Below are positions 28,813-37,474 of a stretch of DNA of 64,000 bases, piece after piece. The notes under the pieces are model-generated. The model saw nothing but the letters and a program-made list of their open reading frames with translations, made no database searches and had not been told where the DNA came from. How positions within the stretch are numbered: position 1 is the stretch's first letter; every line of letters begins with the position of its first letter. The translations under genes were made by a program, and so were the position numbers. The stretch comes from Patescibacteria group bacterium (GTDB lineage: Bacteria; Patescibacteriota; Minisyncoccia; RBG-13-40-8-A). The DNA is taken from positions 17,069 through 81,068 of the forward strand of contig JAZDGD010000007.1 of assembly GCA_043807255.1 (NCBI GenBank). Direction: 5' to 3'.

Positions 28813-30312
28813 TTATTTTATCCAATATTTTTCACGGATTTTTAGATCTTCTTCTTCCTTTTTTTCTTCGATTTTACCTTTGGCTAATTTGCGAAGAACT
28901 TCTAGGTTTTCTTCGTTTAATTCTAAAACTCTTTTTTCTAAATATTTCTTATTATTGTTCTTCGGCTCTTCAATTACTTCCGCCAACAAAACATCCAAAA
29001 TCGCACCTACTTTTGGACTGGGTTCGATTTTTAACAATTTCATTATATCCGTGCCATTAATTTTCAACATCTTTGCAGAAATCGGATCCTTGGAAATTTT
29101 TTCAATCATATACTCAATTGTTCTTAAACGATAGGGTTTTTCTTTCGGCCTTCCCATTCCCAATCTATCGGCAACTCTTAAATTAATCAAATCAACAATA
29201 TTTTCTTTGCCCACTCTTTTTAATAATCTTCTTGCGCCAGCATCAGTTAATTTTTCTGGGTCGGAAACAAACATATGATTTCTAACCAGCAAAACAACTT
29301 TATCAATAAATTTATTGGAGAATTTTAATCGTTTTAAAATTTTATCGACAAATTTCGCACCAACATAATCGTGATTATAAAAAGTAGAGTCGGGGCCTTC
29401 GCCTTGTTTGGTTTCTGGCTTACCAATATCATGGAATAAGGCCGCAACCTTTACTTCTAAATTAAAATCTTTCTTTGCTGCTTCATCCAACGCCCTTAAA
29501 GAGTGCTCATAAATATCATAAATATGGTGCTTGTTTTGGCTTACGCCAACACCCTTGTCGAGTTCTGGCAAAATGAATTTAAGTAAATTTGTTTGTCGCA
29601 ATAAATCAATTCCATTTGCTGCTTTTTTGGTTTGAAAAATTTTAATTAATTCGTCGTGAATTCTTTCATTGGAAATCATTTGAATTAATTCTGCATTTTT
29701 TTGAATCGCCTTAAAGGTTTTTTCCTCGATCGTAAAATCAAGGGTGCAGGCGAATCTTACCGCTCTTAGCATTCTTAGTGCGTCTTCATCGAATCTTTTA
29801 TTCGCATCGCCAACCGCACGAATTATTTTATTTTTTAAATCTTTCTGTCCATCGAAAAAATCTAATATTCGGACGTCCGATGTCCTACCATTCTTAATGT
29901 CGGGACATCGGACGTCCCCCATTTTTAACGCGAGTGCATTTACCGTAAAATCCCGCCTGGCAAGATCTTCTTCTAACTTTTTAGCAAAAGTTATTTCGTC
30001 AGGATGACGCTTGTCAGAATATTTTCCCTCTAAGCGAAAAGGCGTGATCTCGACAATTTTTAATGTTTCGTCTTTAGAATCAGTAATTACGCTTACTGTG
30101 CCAAATTGATTTTCATAAAAATTTTTAGGGAATAACTTTCTAATTTGTTCCGGTTTAGCATTAGTAGTAATGTCCCAATCGTTGGGCTTAATGTCTCTTC
30201 CTTCGACTTCGCTCAGGACGAGGTCGCGAACACAACCACCAACAGCATAAGCTTCGTAGTCATTCTTAATCAATTTTTCTAATATTAAATTAACTTCCTT
30301 GGGAATTGTCAT
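28813..30312 (-). CDS. cca: CCA tRNA nucleotidyltransferase with HD domain
   Basis: VGGCVRD, DWDITT, EDLARRDFTVNA, EDALRMLRAVRF and HDIGKP motifs. Confidence 0.95.
   Translation of the reverse strand: MTIPKEVNLILEKLIKNDYEAYAVGGCVRDLVLSEVEGRDIKPNDWDITTNAKPEQIRKLFPKNFYENQFGTVSVITDSKDETLKIVEITPFRLEGKYSDKRHPDEITFAKKLEEDLARRDFTVNALALKMGDVRCPDIKNGRTSDVRILDFFDGQKDLKNKIIRAVGDANKRFDEDALRMLRAVRFACTLDFTIEEKTFKAIQKNAELIQMISNERIHDELIKIFQTKKAANGIDLLRQTNLLKFILPELDKGVGVSQNKHHIYDIYEHSLRALDEAAKKDFNLEVKVAALFHDIGKPETKQGEGPDSTFYNHDYVGAKFVDKILKRLKFSNKFIDKVVLLVRNHMFVSDPEKLTDAGARRLLKRVGKENIVDLINLRVADRLGMGRPKEKPYRLRTIEYMIEKISKDPISAKMLKINGTDIMKLLKIEPSPKVGAILDVLLAEVIEEPKNNNKKYLEKRVLELNEENLEVLRKLAKGKIEEKKEEEDLKIREKYWIK
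29871..29917. repeat. Inverted doublet of family-A palindromes, in frame within cca
   Basis: GGACGTCCGATGTCC (29871-29885) and its exact reverse complement (29903-29917). Confidence 0.88.
30200..30222. repeat. Family B mini-element in frame within cca
   Basis: CCTTCGACTTCGCTCAGGACGAG, core identical to 5886-5903; encodes LVLSEVEG. Confidence 0.8.
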
Positions 30313-30354
30313 AGCAATTTTTTAAATTTTAAATGGTATTGAAATATTTTAAAG

Positions 30355-30401
30355 TTATCCACAGGCGAAAATCTTGACATCGGTCTTCTTAATGGTATAC
30401 T
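30355..30401 (+). promoter_or_regulatory. DnaA box followed by a sigma70 promoter
   Basis: TTATCCACA (30355-63), 10 nt, TTGACA (30374-79), 16 nt, TATACT (30396-401). Confidence 0.65.
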
Positions 30402-30406
30402 GATAG

Positions 30407-30480
30407 TGCGGTCGCAAGATTGCCCTGCTCGCGGATGCGAGTCCGAGATTTAAACTTCGCCTTTTAAAGGCGAGGTTTTG
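30407..30480 (+). ncRNA. Candidate small RNA convergent with the NYN gene 3' end
   Basis: Own promoter, hairpins GCGGTC-GCAA-GATTGC and CTCGC-GGAT-GCGAG, then a terminator with U-tract; no ORF. Confidence 0.45.
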
Positions 30481-31114
30481 TTTTTATAAAAGTAATTCCC
30501 TTTTTTATTCTTTGAGCATTGATATTCAAATCTGCTCTTTCTTTAAGATAATGCGTAATATATCCCGCACTAAATAAAATTACTTTTTTCTTTCTTCTTC
30601 TTAAAAAATTTAACAAATAGGCAAAATCTGCGTCGCTGGAAAATAAACAAAAAGTGTCATATTTGTCTAAGAATCTTATTGCATCAATACAAATTTCGGC
30701 ATCAAAATTACATTTCGGGATGTAAACGTATCTACCTTGATCGTCTTGATCTATGTTTCTTGTTGTGCTTTTTTCTTCGGAGGAATCTAAATAATGTCTA
30801 ATTTTTTGTATCGGTTTGGTAATTGTTTTGTCAAAATATTGTCTTGCTTTACTGATAATTTTGATAGATTTTTGCTTTGTTGTGTCCAGGCCAAAATAAA
30901 ATCTTTTATGCTCTGAAAATAAATTTATGAAACCTGCTAATTTTTCTATATCAACCACCAACTTTTTGTCTTGTGATAAAACATTATCATCGCCATCTCT
31001 TTCGTCTCTTTCGTACCAATAGTTTACATTCCCAAAATCAACAAAACTATAAATTTTACCAAATTTATTTTTATCTATTTCTAAGTTTTCTAATTTAAAC
31101 TCACACAAATCCAT
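30464..31114 (-). CDS. NYN/LabA (PIN-like) domain protein
   Basis: FVDFGN, KCNFD.EI.ID and SSDADF motifs. Confidence 0.85.
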   Translation of the reverse strand: MDLCEFKLENLEIDKNKFGKIYSFVDFGNVNYWYERDERDGDDNVLSQDKKLVVDIEKLAGFINLFSEHKRFYFGLDTTKQKSIKIISKARQYFDKTITKPIQKIRHYLDSSEEKSTTRNIDQDDQGRYVYIPKCNFDAEICIDAIRFLDKYDTFCLFSSDADFAYLLNFLRRRKKKVILFSAGYITHYLKERADLNINAQRIKKGITFIKTKPRL

Positions 31115-31178
31115 TATATCTTAACCATACCTTAAAAATGCGTTTATGACAAATAAAAAAATCGCATTGAACACGACT

Positions 31179-31252
31179 TGGTGCCCCCACAAGGAATCGG
31201 ACCTTGGTCAGCTGCTTAAAAGGCAGTTGCTTTACCATTAAGCTATGGGGGC
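31179..31252 (-). tRNA. tRNA-Lys(TTT), CCA encoded
   Basis: GCCCCCATAGCTTAATGGTAAAGCAACTGCCTTTTAAGCAGCTGACCAAGGTCCGATTCCTTGTGGGGGCACCA. Confidence 0.93.
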
Positions 31253-31270
31253 GTATTTATATTATTTAGA

Positions 31271-31921
31271 TTAATTAATATGATTGCATATTTCTTCAAT
31301 CCATGCAAGAATTCTATGCCTTAAATTCTCATTATTGACCTGAATTCTAAGCGTTCCATTGTATAACTTGTTCTTTCTGTGACCAGTGCCTTCTTTTTTG
31401 AAGAAAGTGCTTCCAAATCTATTTGTCGAAATATGAACTATTTTTGACCAATATCTTTTTGCTTTTTTTTCATTAAGACCAGTGTGAAGGTGTAAATATG
31501 GCTTAATCTTGTTTTCTGGCACCATACAAACATCTCGATACCATTTCATCATAAATTTGATCAATAATGGATCAGAATTTGTGAAAGACGAACTTTTAAC
31601 CTTAGATCCTTCGGCCCAATACAATGCCGCACCGATCATTTTAATCTCGTAATTGTTTAAGTGCTTAATTTCTTTCTTCGCATTTTTTTTAATAACTTCA
31701 ATCTCTTTTTGTCTTTTTAGTTGGTTGGCTTTGGCACCACGGAATTGGGTATCATACAAAGAACCCAGACGAGTGATCTGTTTTTTGGTCAATTTAACGT
31801 TTTTACACCATGCGCTAATAGTGCTTTTGCTCACAGGAACCCGTTTCACTATTTCCGAATAGCTGAATCCCTTTTTTCTTAACTCCATAGCACGCTCTTT
31901 CAATTGCCATTTTCTAGTCAT
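31271..31921 (-). CDS. HTH plus LAGLIDADG-like domain protein between tRNA genes
   Basis: N-terminal LRKKGFSYSEI...VSKSTIS.W HTH; LYWAEG.K...FTNSDP motif. Confidence 0.65.
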   Translation of the reverse strand: MTRKWQLKERAMELRKKGFSYSEIVKRVPVSKSTISAWCKNVKLTKKQITRLGSLYDTQFRGAKANQLKRQKEIEVIKKNAKKEIKHLNNYEIKMIGAALYWAEGSKVKSSSFTNSDPLLIKFMMKWYRDVCMVPENKIKPYLHLHTGLNEKKAKRYWSKIVHISTNRFGSTFFKKEGTGHRKNKLYNGTLRIQVNNENLRHRILAWIEEICNHIN

Positions 31922-31991
31922 AATCGTATATGTTAATTAATACTACATGATTACATATTAAGTATACGATCATAAAATTGTATTGTCAATT

Positions 31992-32062
31992 TGCCCCCAC
32001 AAGGAATCGGACCTTGGTCAGCTGCTTAAGAGGCAGTTGCTTTACCATTAAGCTATGGAGGC
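31992..32062 (-). tRNA. tRNA-Lys(CTT)
   Basis: 69/71 identical to tRNA-Lys(TTT); anticodon loop CTCTTAA. Confidence 0.93.
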
Positions 32063-32069
32063 AGAAGAA

Positions 32070-32141
32070 TGCCCTCGGCAGGAATCGAACCCGCAATTGC
32101 GCGTCCGAAGCGCGCCGTGTTATCCATTATACCACGAGGGC
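32070..32141 (-). tRNA. tRNA-Arg(TCG)
   Basis: GCCCTCG/CGAGGGC-A acceptor, GCGCG-CTTCGGA-CGCGC anticodon arm, TTCGATT T-loop. Confidence 0.93.
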
Positions 32142-32252
32142 AACAATAAAATCATACCCTATAATTAATTTATGGTCAATTTAATCCGCCCCAATATTAT
32201 TGACACGTGTCTTAATCTGTGGTAATATTTTAATACCAAAAAGGAGGGCAAA

Positions 32253-32495
32253 ATGCACCCTATTAGACGCATAAAGTACTTATATGTAAGGCGCTTGAGA
32301 AGACCGTGGCGAAAAGTTAAGGCGCGCTTCAAAAATCGGAATGAAGCCAAAAAAGACGTTAAACTAAAACACGAAGCGGCTGAAAGACACCGCAAAGAAG
32401 CATTAGCAAAAAATCACTATTATAAGCGACGACACGAAGAGAGGCTAATGAATTCCGAGCACTCTGAACGCCGCAAATCCCCTCACATCAAATGA
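32253..32495 (+). CDS. Small very basic hypothetical protein
   Basis: GGAGG RBS, upstream TTGACA..TAATAT promoter, downstream hairpin. Confidence 0.55.
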   Translation: MHPIRRIKYLYVRRLRRPWRKVKARFKNRNEAKKDVKLKHEAAERHRKEALAKNHYYKRRHEERLMNSEHSERRKSPHIK

Positions 32496-32531
32496 ATGGT
32501 GGGAGGGGATATTTTCATACAAAAATTAATT

Positions 32532-33704
32532 CTAAAATATTCCTGACAAATAATAAAGTCCCATTGCCAATAAAACAATCGCTTCAACTAAACTCAACCA
32601 TTTCATTGCTTTGCCCGACACAATTTTTATATTCATCGTGAAAACGGCAATTAGGAAAACGATAATCTCGTCTAACATGTAAAACAAAACATACACTATA
32701 AGATGAAAAATATAACTCGATAAGGAAACTCCCGCATGGGTCATGACTCCCGCAAATAGAACCGGTATCACTGCCGAACAGGGGAATTCTACGATCGTAA
32801 TTACGGCAGCGAAAATTATTACACCCACGATCAATCCCCATATTCCACCTGATTTTTTAAACGCTTCTTGAATTTTTACAGATTGCTTGTTAACGATTTT
32901 ATTTCCTTGACTATCGCAAACTAAATTTTGTTTTTTAGATTTTAAAAATTGTCTTAAAAAATATATTGAACCCAAAATCCCTAAGATTCCTACAAACAAA
33001 TTCATTACTTTTAAAACGGGACTTAAATAATAAAATAATTGATACCACAAAAAAATCAAGGCACCATAAATTATGGCTGTAACTAAAATGTATAATCCAC
33101 CAAAAAGAATAATTTTTGATCGTGATTTCAGGATTAAGACTAATCCCAAAATCATTATTAATGCACCCAAAGAACAAACACTAAATCCATCAAAAAACCC
33201 CAAAATTATTGCTTGCATTAATAACGAATATTTGCTCAAATCTACTTCTCCTAGAATTGGAACATTTATCTTGTTTTTGTCTTTTTCTTCTGGCTTTTCA
33301 GCGTTTAATTGTTTTTCAATTGAATTAATTATTTCTTGACCAGTACTTGATTCGTCGTTAAAGCCCAAAATAAAATCTTCGCCAACAAATGTCATTGGTA
33401 CAGCTCCCAAATATTTATCAGCATTATGTTTTTTGACGGAGTCAATTAATAATTGTCTGTGCGTAATATCGGTGACTAAGTAACGATTAATTTGCACATC
33501 TGGATAATCTGGTGCTATTCTATCCAAAAATGCGCTTTCTGCCTTACAATGAATACACGTTTCAGAATAGAAAAAATTAATCTCTAATTTTATTTCTGCG
33601 GACTTGTCCGCCGAAGCTTTAGCGAAGGCGGGCGCAAAAAAAGGAGCTACGATTGTAAGCCCAATTAAAGCGAACGCAATAAAACCGGATAATCTTTTTG
33701 CCAT
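32532..33704 (-). CDS. Thioredoxin/glutaredoxin-fold membrane protein (DsbD/CcdA-like TM domain)
   Basis: Signal peptide, FFYSETCIHC (CxxC), GAVP, TM domain with DGFSVC and VEFPCS cysteines. Confidence 0.8.
   Translation of the reverse strand: MAKRLSGFIAFALIGLTIVAPFFAPAFAKASADKSAEIKLEINFFYSETCIHCKAESAFLDRIAPDYPDVQINRYLVTDITHRQLLIDSVKKHNADKYLGAVPMTFVGEDFILGFNDESSTGQEIINSIEKQLNAEKPEEKDKNKINVPILGEVDLSKYSLLMQAIILGFFDGFSVCSLGALIMILGLVLILKSRSKIILFGGLYILVTAIIYGALIFLWYQLFYYLSPVLKVMNLFVGILGILGSIYFLRQFLKSKKQNLVCDSQGNKIVNKQSVKIQEAFKKSGGIWGLIVGVIIFAAVITIVEFPCSAVIPVLFAGVMTHAGVSLSSYIFHLIVYVLFYMLDEIIVFLIAVFTMNIKIVSGKAMKWLSLVEAIVLLAMGLYYLSGIF
33603..33632. repeat. 30-bp GC-rich hairpin element in frame after the signal peptide
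   Basis: CTTGTCCGCCGAAGCTTTAGCGAAGGCGGG encodes PAFAKASADK. Confidence 0.7.
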
Positions 33705-33814
33705 TGTATTTTAATACTACAATATTTTAATTTTTATTTCCACTGCCTCTTGCTTTTTTCGACGAGACTTGATAGTATGAATACGGATACGCACATTTCA
33801 GAAGGAGGAGATTA

Positions 33815-34132
33815 ATGAAAGATGTAAGCATCGAAAGATTGATTAAAGATGCGCGTCGTGTTCTCGACTATCCTTTTTGGATTCCAGACGTAGAGACGAT
33901 GAGACGATACACGAGAATTCACGATGATCACGATGGAACCTTCCAGGGTGCAATCACTGTGATATTTAGCAAAGATGGCGATGCCTGGGTCGAATTCGAT
34001 CCAACCCACAACGCATCTCCATTGAGATTTCGTGGTGATTTGGGTGGAGGCATGAGTTTACGAACTAAAAATGCTCTTATGATTTTGGCTCTTGCTATTA
34101 AACTGGACAACGAAGAAGCACCCCAGCGCTAG
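33815..34132 (+). CDS. Hypothetical protein
   Basis: AAGGAGG RBS; terminator at ~34165-34193. Confidence 0.7.
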   Translation: MKDVSIERLIKDARRVLDYPFWIPDVETMRRYTRIHDDHDGTFQGAITVIFSKDGDAWVEFDPTHNASPLRFRGDLGGGMSLRTKNALMILALAIKLDNEEAPQR

Positions 34133-34212
34133 CAATCCCAGCAAATTAATCGTTAATCGGTTACGGCCGCATGGTTCGCCCAGCGGCTTTTTTATTTATA
34201 ATTTTGAAAAAG

Positions 34213-34261
34213 TTATCCACAGACGCCACTATTGATTTTCGGTTTTCTTTCGGTATATAAT
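34213..34261 (+). promoter_or_regulatory. DnaA box and promoter with a TTCGG-N6-TTCGG direct repeat (candidate LexA operator)
   Basis: TTATCCACA 34213-21; TTGATT 34232-37; TTCGG at 34238 and 34249; TATAAT 34256-61. Confidence 0.7.
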
Positions 34262-34281
34262 TGTAATATAGTAATGAAATT

Positions 34282-35841
34282 ATGTTAACAGAAAAACAGC
34301 AAAAAATATTCGATTATATCAAGAAATATATAAAGAAAAATAACTACTCGCCTTCTCTCCAAGAGATCGCGAAACGTTTCAAGTTATCATCGATATCTGG
34401 CGTGCACCAACACGTCGAAGCGCTCAAATCAAAAGGCTATTTAAATAAATTTGAAAATCATCCAAGGACAATCCAAATATCAAATAAATTCAAAAGATTA
34501 AATTTTGTAAAAATACCAATTCTCGGAACCATCACCGCCGGACAACCAATAGAAGTTATTGAAACGCTAGGCGAAACAATTAATGTTTCGAAAAACGAAA
34601 TAAGTCCCTATTTTGATTATTATGCCCTTAAAGTCAAAGGCGACAGTATGATCGATGAGGGAATTTTTGACGGAGATACTGTTGTAATTAAAAAACAATC
34701 TACGGCAGAAAATGGCCAAACAGTGGTCGCCATAATAAATCAGAACGAGGCCACCTTAAAGAAAATCTACAAATTAAAAAATATTTTTAAATTGCAACCG
34801 GCAAATCAGAATATGTTACCAATTTATACAAACGAAATTGAGATTAGAGGTGTTCTCGTTAAAACTATTCCTGGTTTTCCAAGCACAAAAAACCAAACAA
34901 CGATCAGAACCCTGGATTTGTTCGCAGGGATTGGTGGCATACGTCTCGGATTCGAAAAGAATGGATTTGAAACAGTATTCTCTAATGATTTTGACGAAAA
35001 TTGCAAGACAACTTACGATTTAAATTTTAAAACCTCAAAACTTGTTACCGAAGACGTAACTAAAATTGGAATCGATGATTTGCCAGAATTTGATTTCTTG
35101 CTAGCAGGATTTCCGTGTCAAGCATTTTCAATTGCTGGATATCGACAAGGATTCAAGGACGAGAAAGGAAGGGGGAATCTATTTTTCGATATTGCGAGAA
35201 TTATTGACGCCCGGAAACCGAAAGGTTTCTTATTGGAAAATGTTAAGAATCTAATTAGCCACGACAATGGAAAAACGTTTAAAATAATAACGGAAACATT
35301 GAAAAATCTTGGCTATCACATTAAACCCGAAGTTTTAAATAGCATGAATTACGGTAACGTTCCACAAAATCGAGAGAGAATCTATATCGTGGGATTTAAA
35401 GACAAAAATAACATAGAGAAATTTAATTTTCCCGAACCCATAAAACTAGAAACAAAAATCAACGATTTTCTGGAAGAAAACGTTGATAATAAATACTATT
35501 ATAACGACAAGCCTCTCTATAAAAAACTCAAAGATTTTGTAAAAGAAGAAAATAAGATTTATCAATGGCGTAGACAATATGTGCGAGAAAATAAAAAAGG
35601 AGTTTGCCCAACGCTAACAGCAAATATGGGAACCGGCGGACACAATGTGCCAATTATAAAAGACAAAAAAGGAATCAGAAAACTGACTCCTCTTGAATGT
35701 TTTAGGTTGCAGGGTTTTTCGAAAGATTTTATATTGCCCAAATTGGCGGATTCTGTTTTATATAAACAGGCCGGAAATTCCGTAACCGTTTCGGTAGTTG
35801 AAAGAATTGCAAAAAAAATAAAAAGCGTAATGGATAATTAA
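34282..35841 (+). CDS. LexA repressor fused to a C5-cytosine DNA methyltransferase (M.Bsp6I-like)
   Basis: LexA HTH, ITAG.P cleavage site, GDSM Ser, ATLK Lys; then DLFAGIGG, GFPCQ, ENV, PQNRERI, TRD YQWRR..PTLTANMGTGGHNVP, QAGNSV. Confidence 0.93.
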   Translation: MLTEKQQKIFDYIKKYIKKNNYSPSLQEIAKRFKLSSISGVHQHVEALKSKGYLNKFENHPRTIQISNKFKRLNFVKIPILGTITAGQPIEVIETLGETINVSKNEISPYFDYYALKVKGDSMIDEGIFDGDTVVIKKQSTAENGQTVVAIINQNEATLKKIYKLKNIFKLQPANQNMLPIYTNEIEIRGVLVKTIPGFPSTKNQTTIRTLDLFAGIGGIRLGFEKNGFETVFSNDFDENCKTTYDLNFKTSKLVTEDVTKIGIDDLPEFDFLLAGFPCQAFSIAGYRQGFKDEKGRGNLFFDIARIIDARKPKGFLLENVKNLISHDNGKTFKIITETLKNLGYHIKPEVLNSMNYGNVPQNRERIYIVGFKDKNNIEKFNFPEPIKLETKINDFLEENVDNKYYYNDKPLYKKLKDFVKEENKIYQWRRQYVRENKKGVCPTLTANMGTGGHNVPIIKDKKGIRKLTPLECFRLQGFSKDFILPKLADSVLYKQAGNSVTVSVVERIAKKIKSVMDN

Positions 35842-35844
35842 TAA

Positions 35845-36408
35845 TTACCAAACTTTTACATTACACGCAATTGGTTTTAATTTGCATCTTTCAATGATTT
35901 CTTTAGTTATACTAAATCTTGGTCTTCGTTTTTGTTTTTGTTGTTGCCTTAATGTTTGTTTCTTGTTTACTTTGGCATTAAGTATAAATCTAGATGGAAT
36001 TTTATAGACGTTAAAAGTCCCGTCTAGTTTTTTCTCATTATAAAAATCTAAAAAATACAAATCGTCCCATTGAGATTTTGGGCCAAATGTTGTTAAGTCG
36101 TGCTTTATACTAGATGCCTTTATTTGTTCAGCTCTTTTGGTTTTTAAATTAAATGTATCAAAAGATGTTGATGCTTCTCCCCTTAGGGATATAAATCTTT
36201 TCGAACCCGAAAACAAACAAAACGCCACCTCAGACAGACCCTCTGGCAAATTAGGTTCTCGTGATTTATATTCGCGCATACCTAATTTTAATTTTTTCCA
36301 TATATCAAAAAGTGCTTTCCATTTTTTACTGTCTTCTTTGTCAAAGCTCATGAGTTCCACTAAGCATTCCTTACCAAAGATAACGGTTTTGTATTGATCA
36401 ATATGCAT
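35845..36408 (-). CDS. Type II restriction endonuclease, Bsp6I family (probably GCNGC)
   Basis: PNLPEGLSE..FC, SFD, QIKASS...DLT.FGP.S.WD.LYFLDF and QQ..RRPRFSI motifs; adjacent cognate-type MTase. Confidence 0.82.
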   Translation of the reverse strand: MHIDQYKTVIFGKECLVELMSFDKEDSKKWKALFDIWKKLKLGMREYKSREPNLPEGLSEVAFCLFSGSKRFISLRGEASTSFDTFNLKTKRAEQIKASSIKHDLTTFGPKSQWDDLYFLDFYNEKKLDGTFNVYKIPSRFILNAKVNKKQTLRQQQKQKRRPRFSITKEIIERCKLKPIACNVKVW

Positions 36409-36541
36409 ATTGTAATTTACAATTATTGTATTATGTTTTTATGATACACCACAGCATCTCCTCTTGGCAAGAGAATTATTATGATGTATAATGTTTTTAT
36501 AATAAAATAAGTAAAATATAGTAAAAGTAATTATTTAATTT

Positions 36542-36808
36542 ATGTTAGGAAAAATTAAGAAGAAGAAAGTTATTACCGAACACAAAATACACGACACCGA
36601 CACTGGATCGGCGGATGTTCAGATTGGGATTTTATCTCAAGAAATCACTGAATTGGCTGAACATTTAAAAAAACACCCCAAAGATAATCATTCCAGGCGT
36701 GGTCTTTTGGGCATGGTTTCGAAACGCAAAAAATTACTTGAATGGCTAAGTTCAGACAATGAATCTCGCTATAAAAAAGTAATCAAAGCCCTCGGCCTTA
36801 AGAAATAA
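36542..36808 (+). CDS. rpsO: 30S ribosomal protein S15
   Basis: DTGSADVQI, HLKKHPKDNHSRRGLL motifs. Confidence 0.98.
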   Translation: MLGKIKKKKVITEHKIHDTDTGSADVQIGILSQEITELAEHLKKHPKDNHSRRGLLGMVSKRKKLLEWLSSDNESRYKKVIKALGLKK

Positions 36809-36880
36809 ATTTCACGAAGTTAATTTCGCGAACGCAGTGAGCTTATCTCACTTGCGAAGCAAGTAAATTTCAATAAGTAT

Positions 36881-37396
36881 ATGTCTATTATCAAAAACAA
36901 GGATCAAAGAGTGGGAATTTTTATTGACGTACAAAATATGTACCACTCCGCAAAAAATATTTACGGAGCAAGGGTTAATTTTAGAGAAATTTTAAAAACC
37001 GCAGTTGCTGGCAGAAAACTTATTCGCGCAATTGCTTATGTTGTTACTACCGAATCCGGAGATGAAAAAGCATTTTTGGAAGCTTTAACCAAATCGGGAA
37101 TCGAGGTTAAAAGTAAGGATTTACAAATCTTTCCTGGCGGAATGAAAAAAGCAGATTGGGATGTGGGCATGGCAGTGGATGCAATTAGTTTGAATACAAA
37201 ATTAGATAGCGTGGTTTTGGTTACTGGCGATGGTGACTTTGTGCCGTTAGTAGAATTTTTACAATCACAAGGACAGCAAGTGGAAGTAATTTCATTTGGC
37301 AAAAGCGCATCCGCAAAATTGAGAGAAGCAGTTGATGATTTTGTCGATCTTAGCGCTTCCCCACAAAAGTACTTAATAGGAATAAGAAATAAGTAA
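36881..37396 (+). CDS. NYN/LabA/DUF88 domain protein
   Basis: IDVQNMY, KADWDVGMAVD and TGDGDF motifs. Confidence 0.92.
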   Translation: MSIIKNKDQRVGIFIDVQNMYHSAKNIYGARVNFREILKTAVAGRKLIRAIAYVVTTESGDEKAFLEALTKSGIEVKSKDLQIFPGGMKKADWDVGMAVDAISLNTKLDSVVLVTGDGDFVPLVEFLQSQGQQVEVISFGKSASAKLREAVDDFVDLSASPQKYLIGIRNK

Positions 37397-37400
37397 CGTT

Positions 37401-37462
37401 TTGGTCTGTGAACACATAGATTATGGATTCGTATGAATCGTAGTCTGAAGTTTGCAGATCAA
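37401..37462 (+). promoter_or_regulatory. Long imperfect hairpin in the pnp leader
   Basis: 37401-13 pairs with 37450-62 and 37418-30 with 37435-46. Confidence 0.5.
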
Positions 37463-37474
37463 GGCGAAAAATAT

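Noticed and set aside
31978-32184. 68-aa ORF
   Set aside because: Antisense to tRNA-Lys and tRNA-Arg
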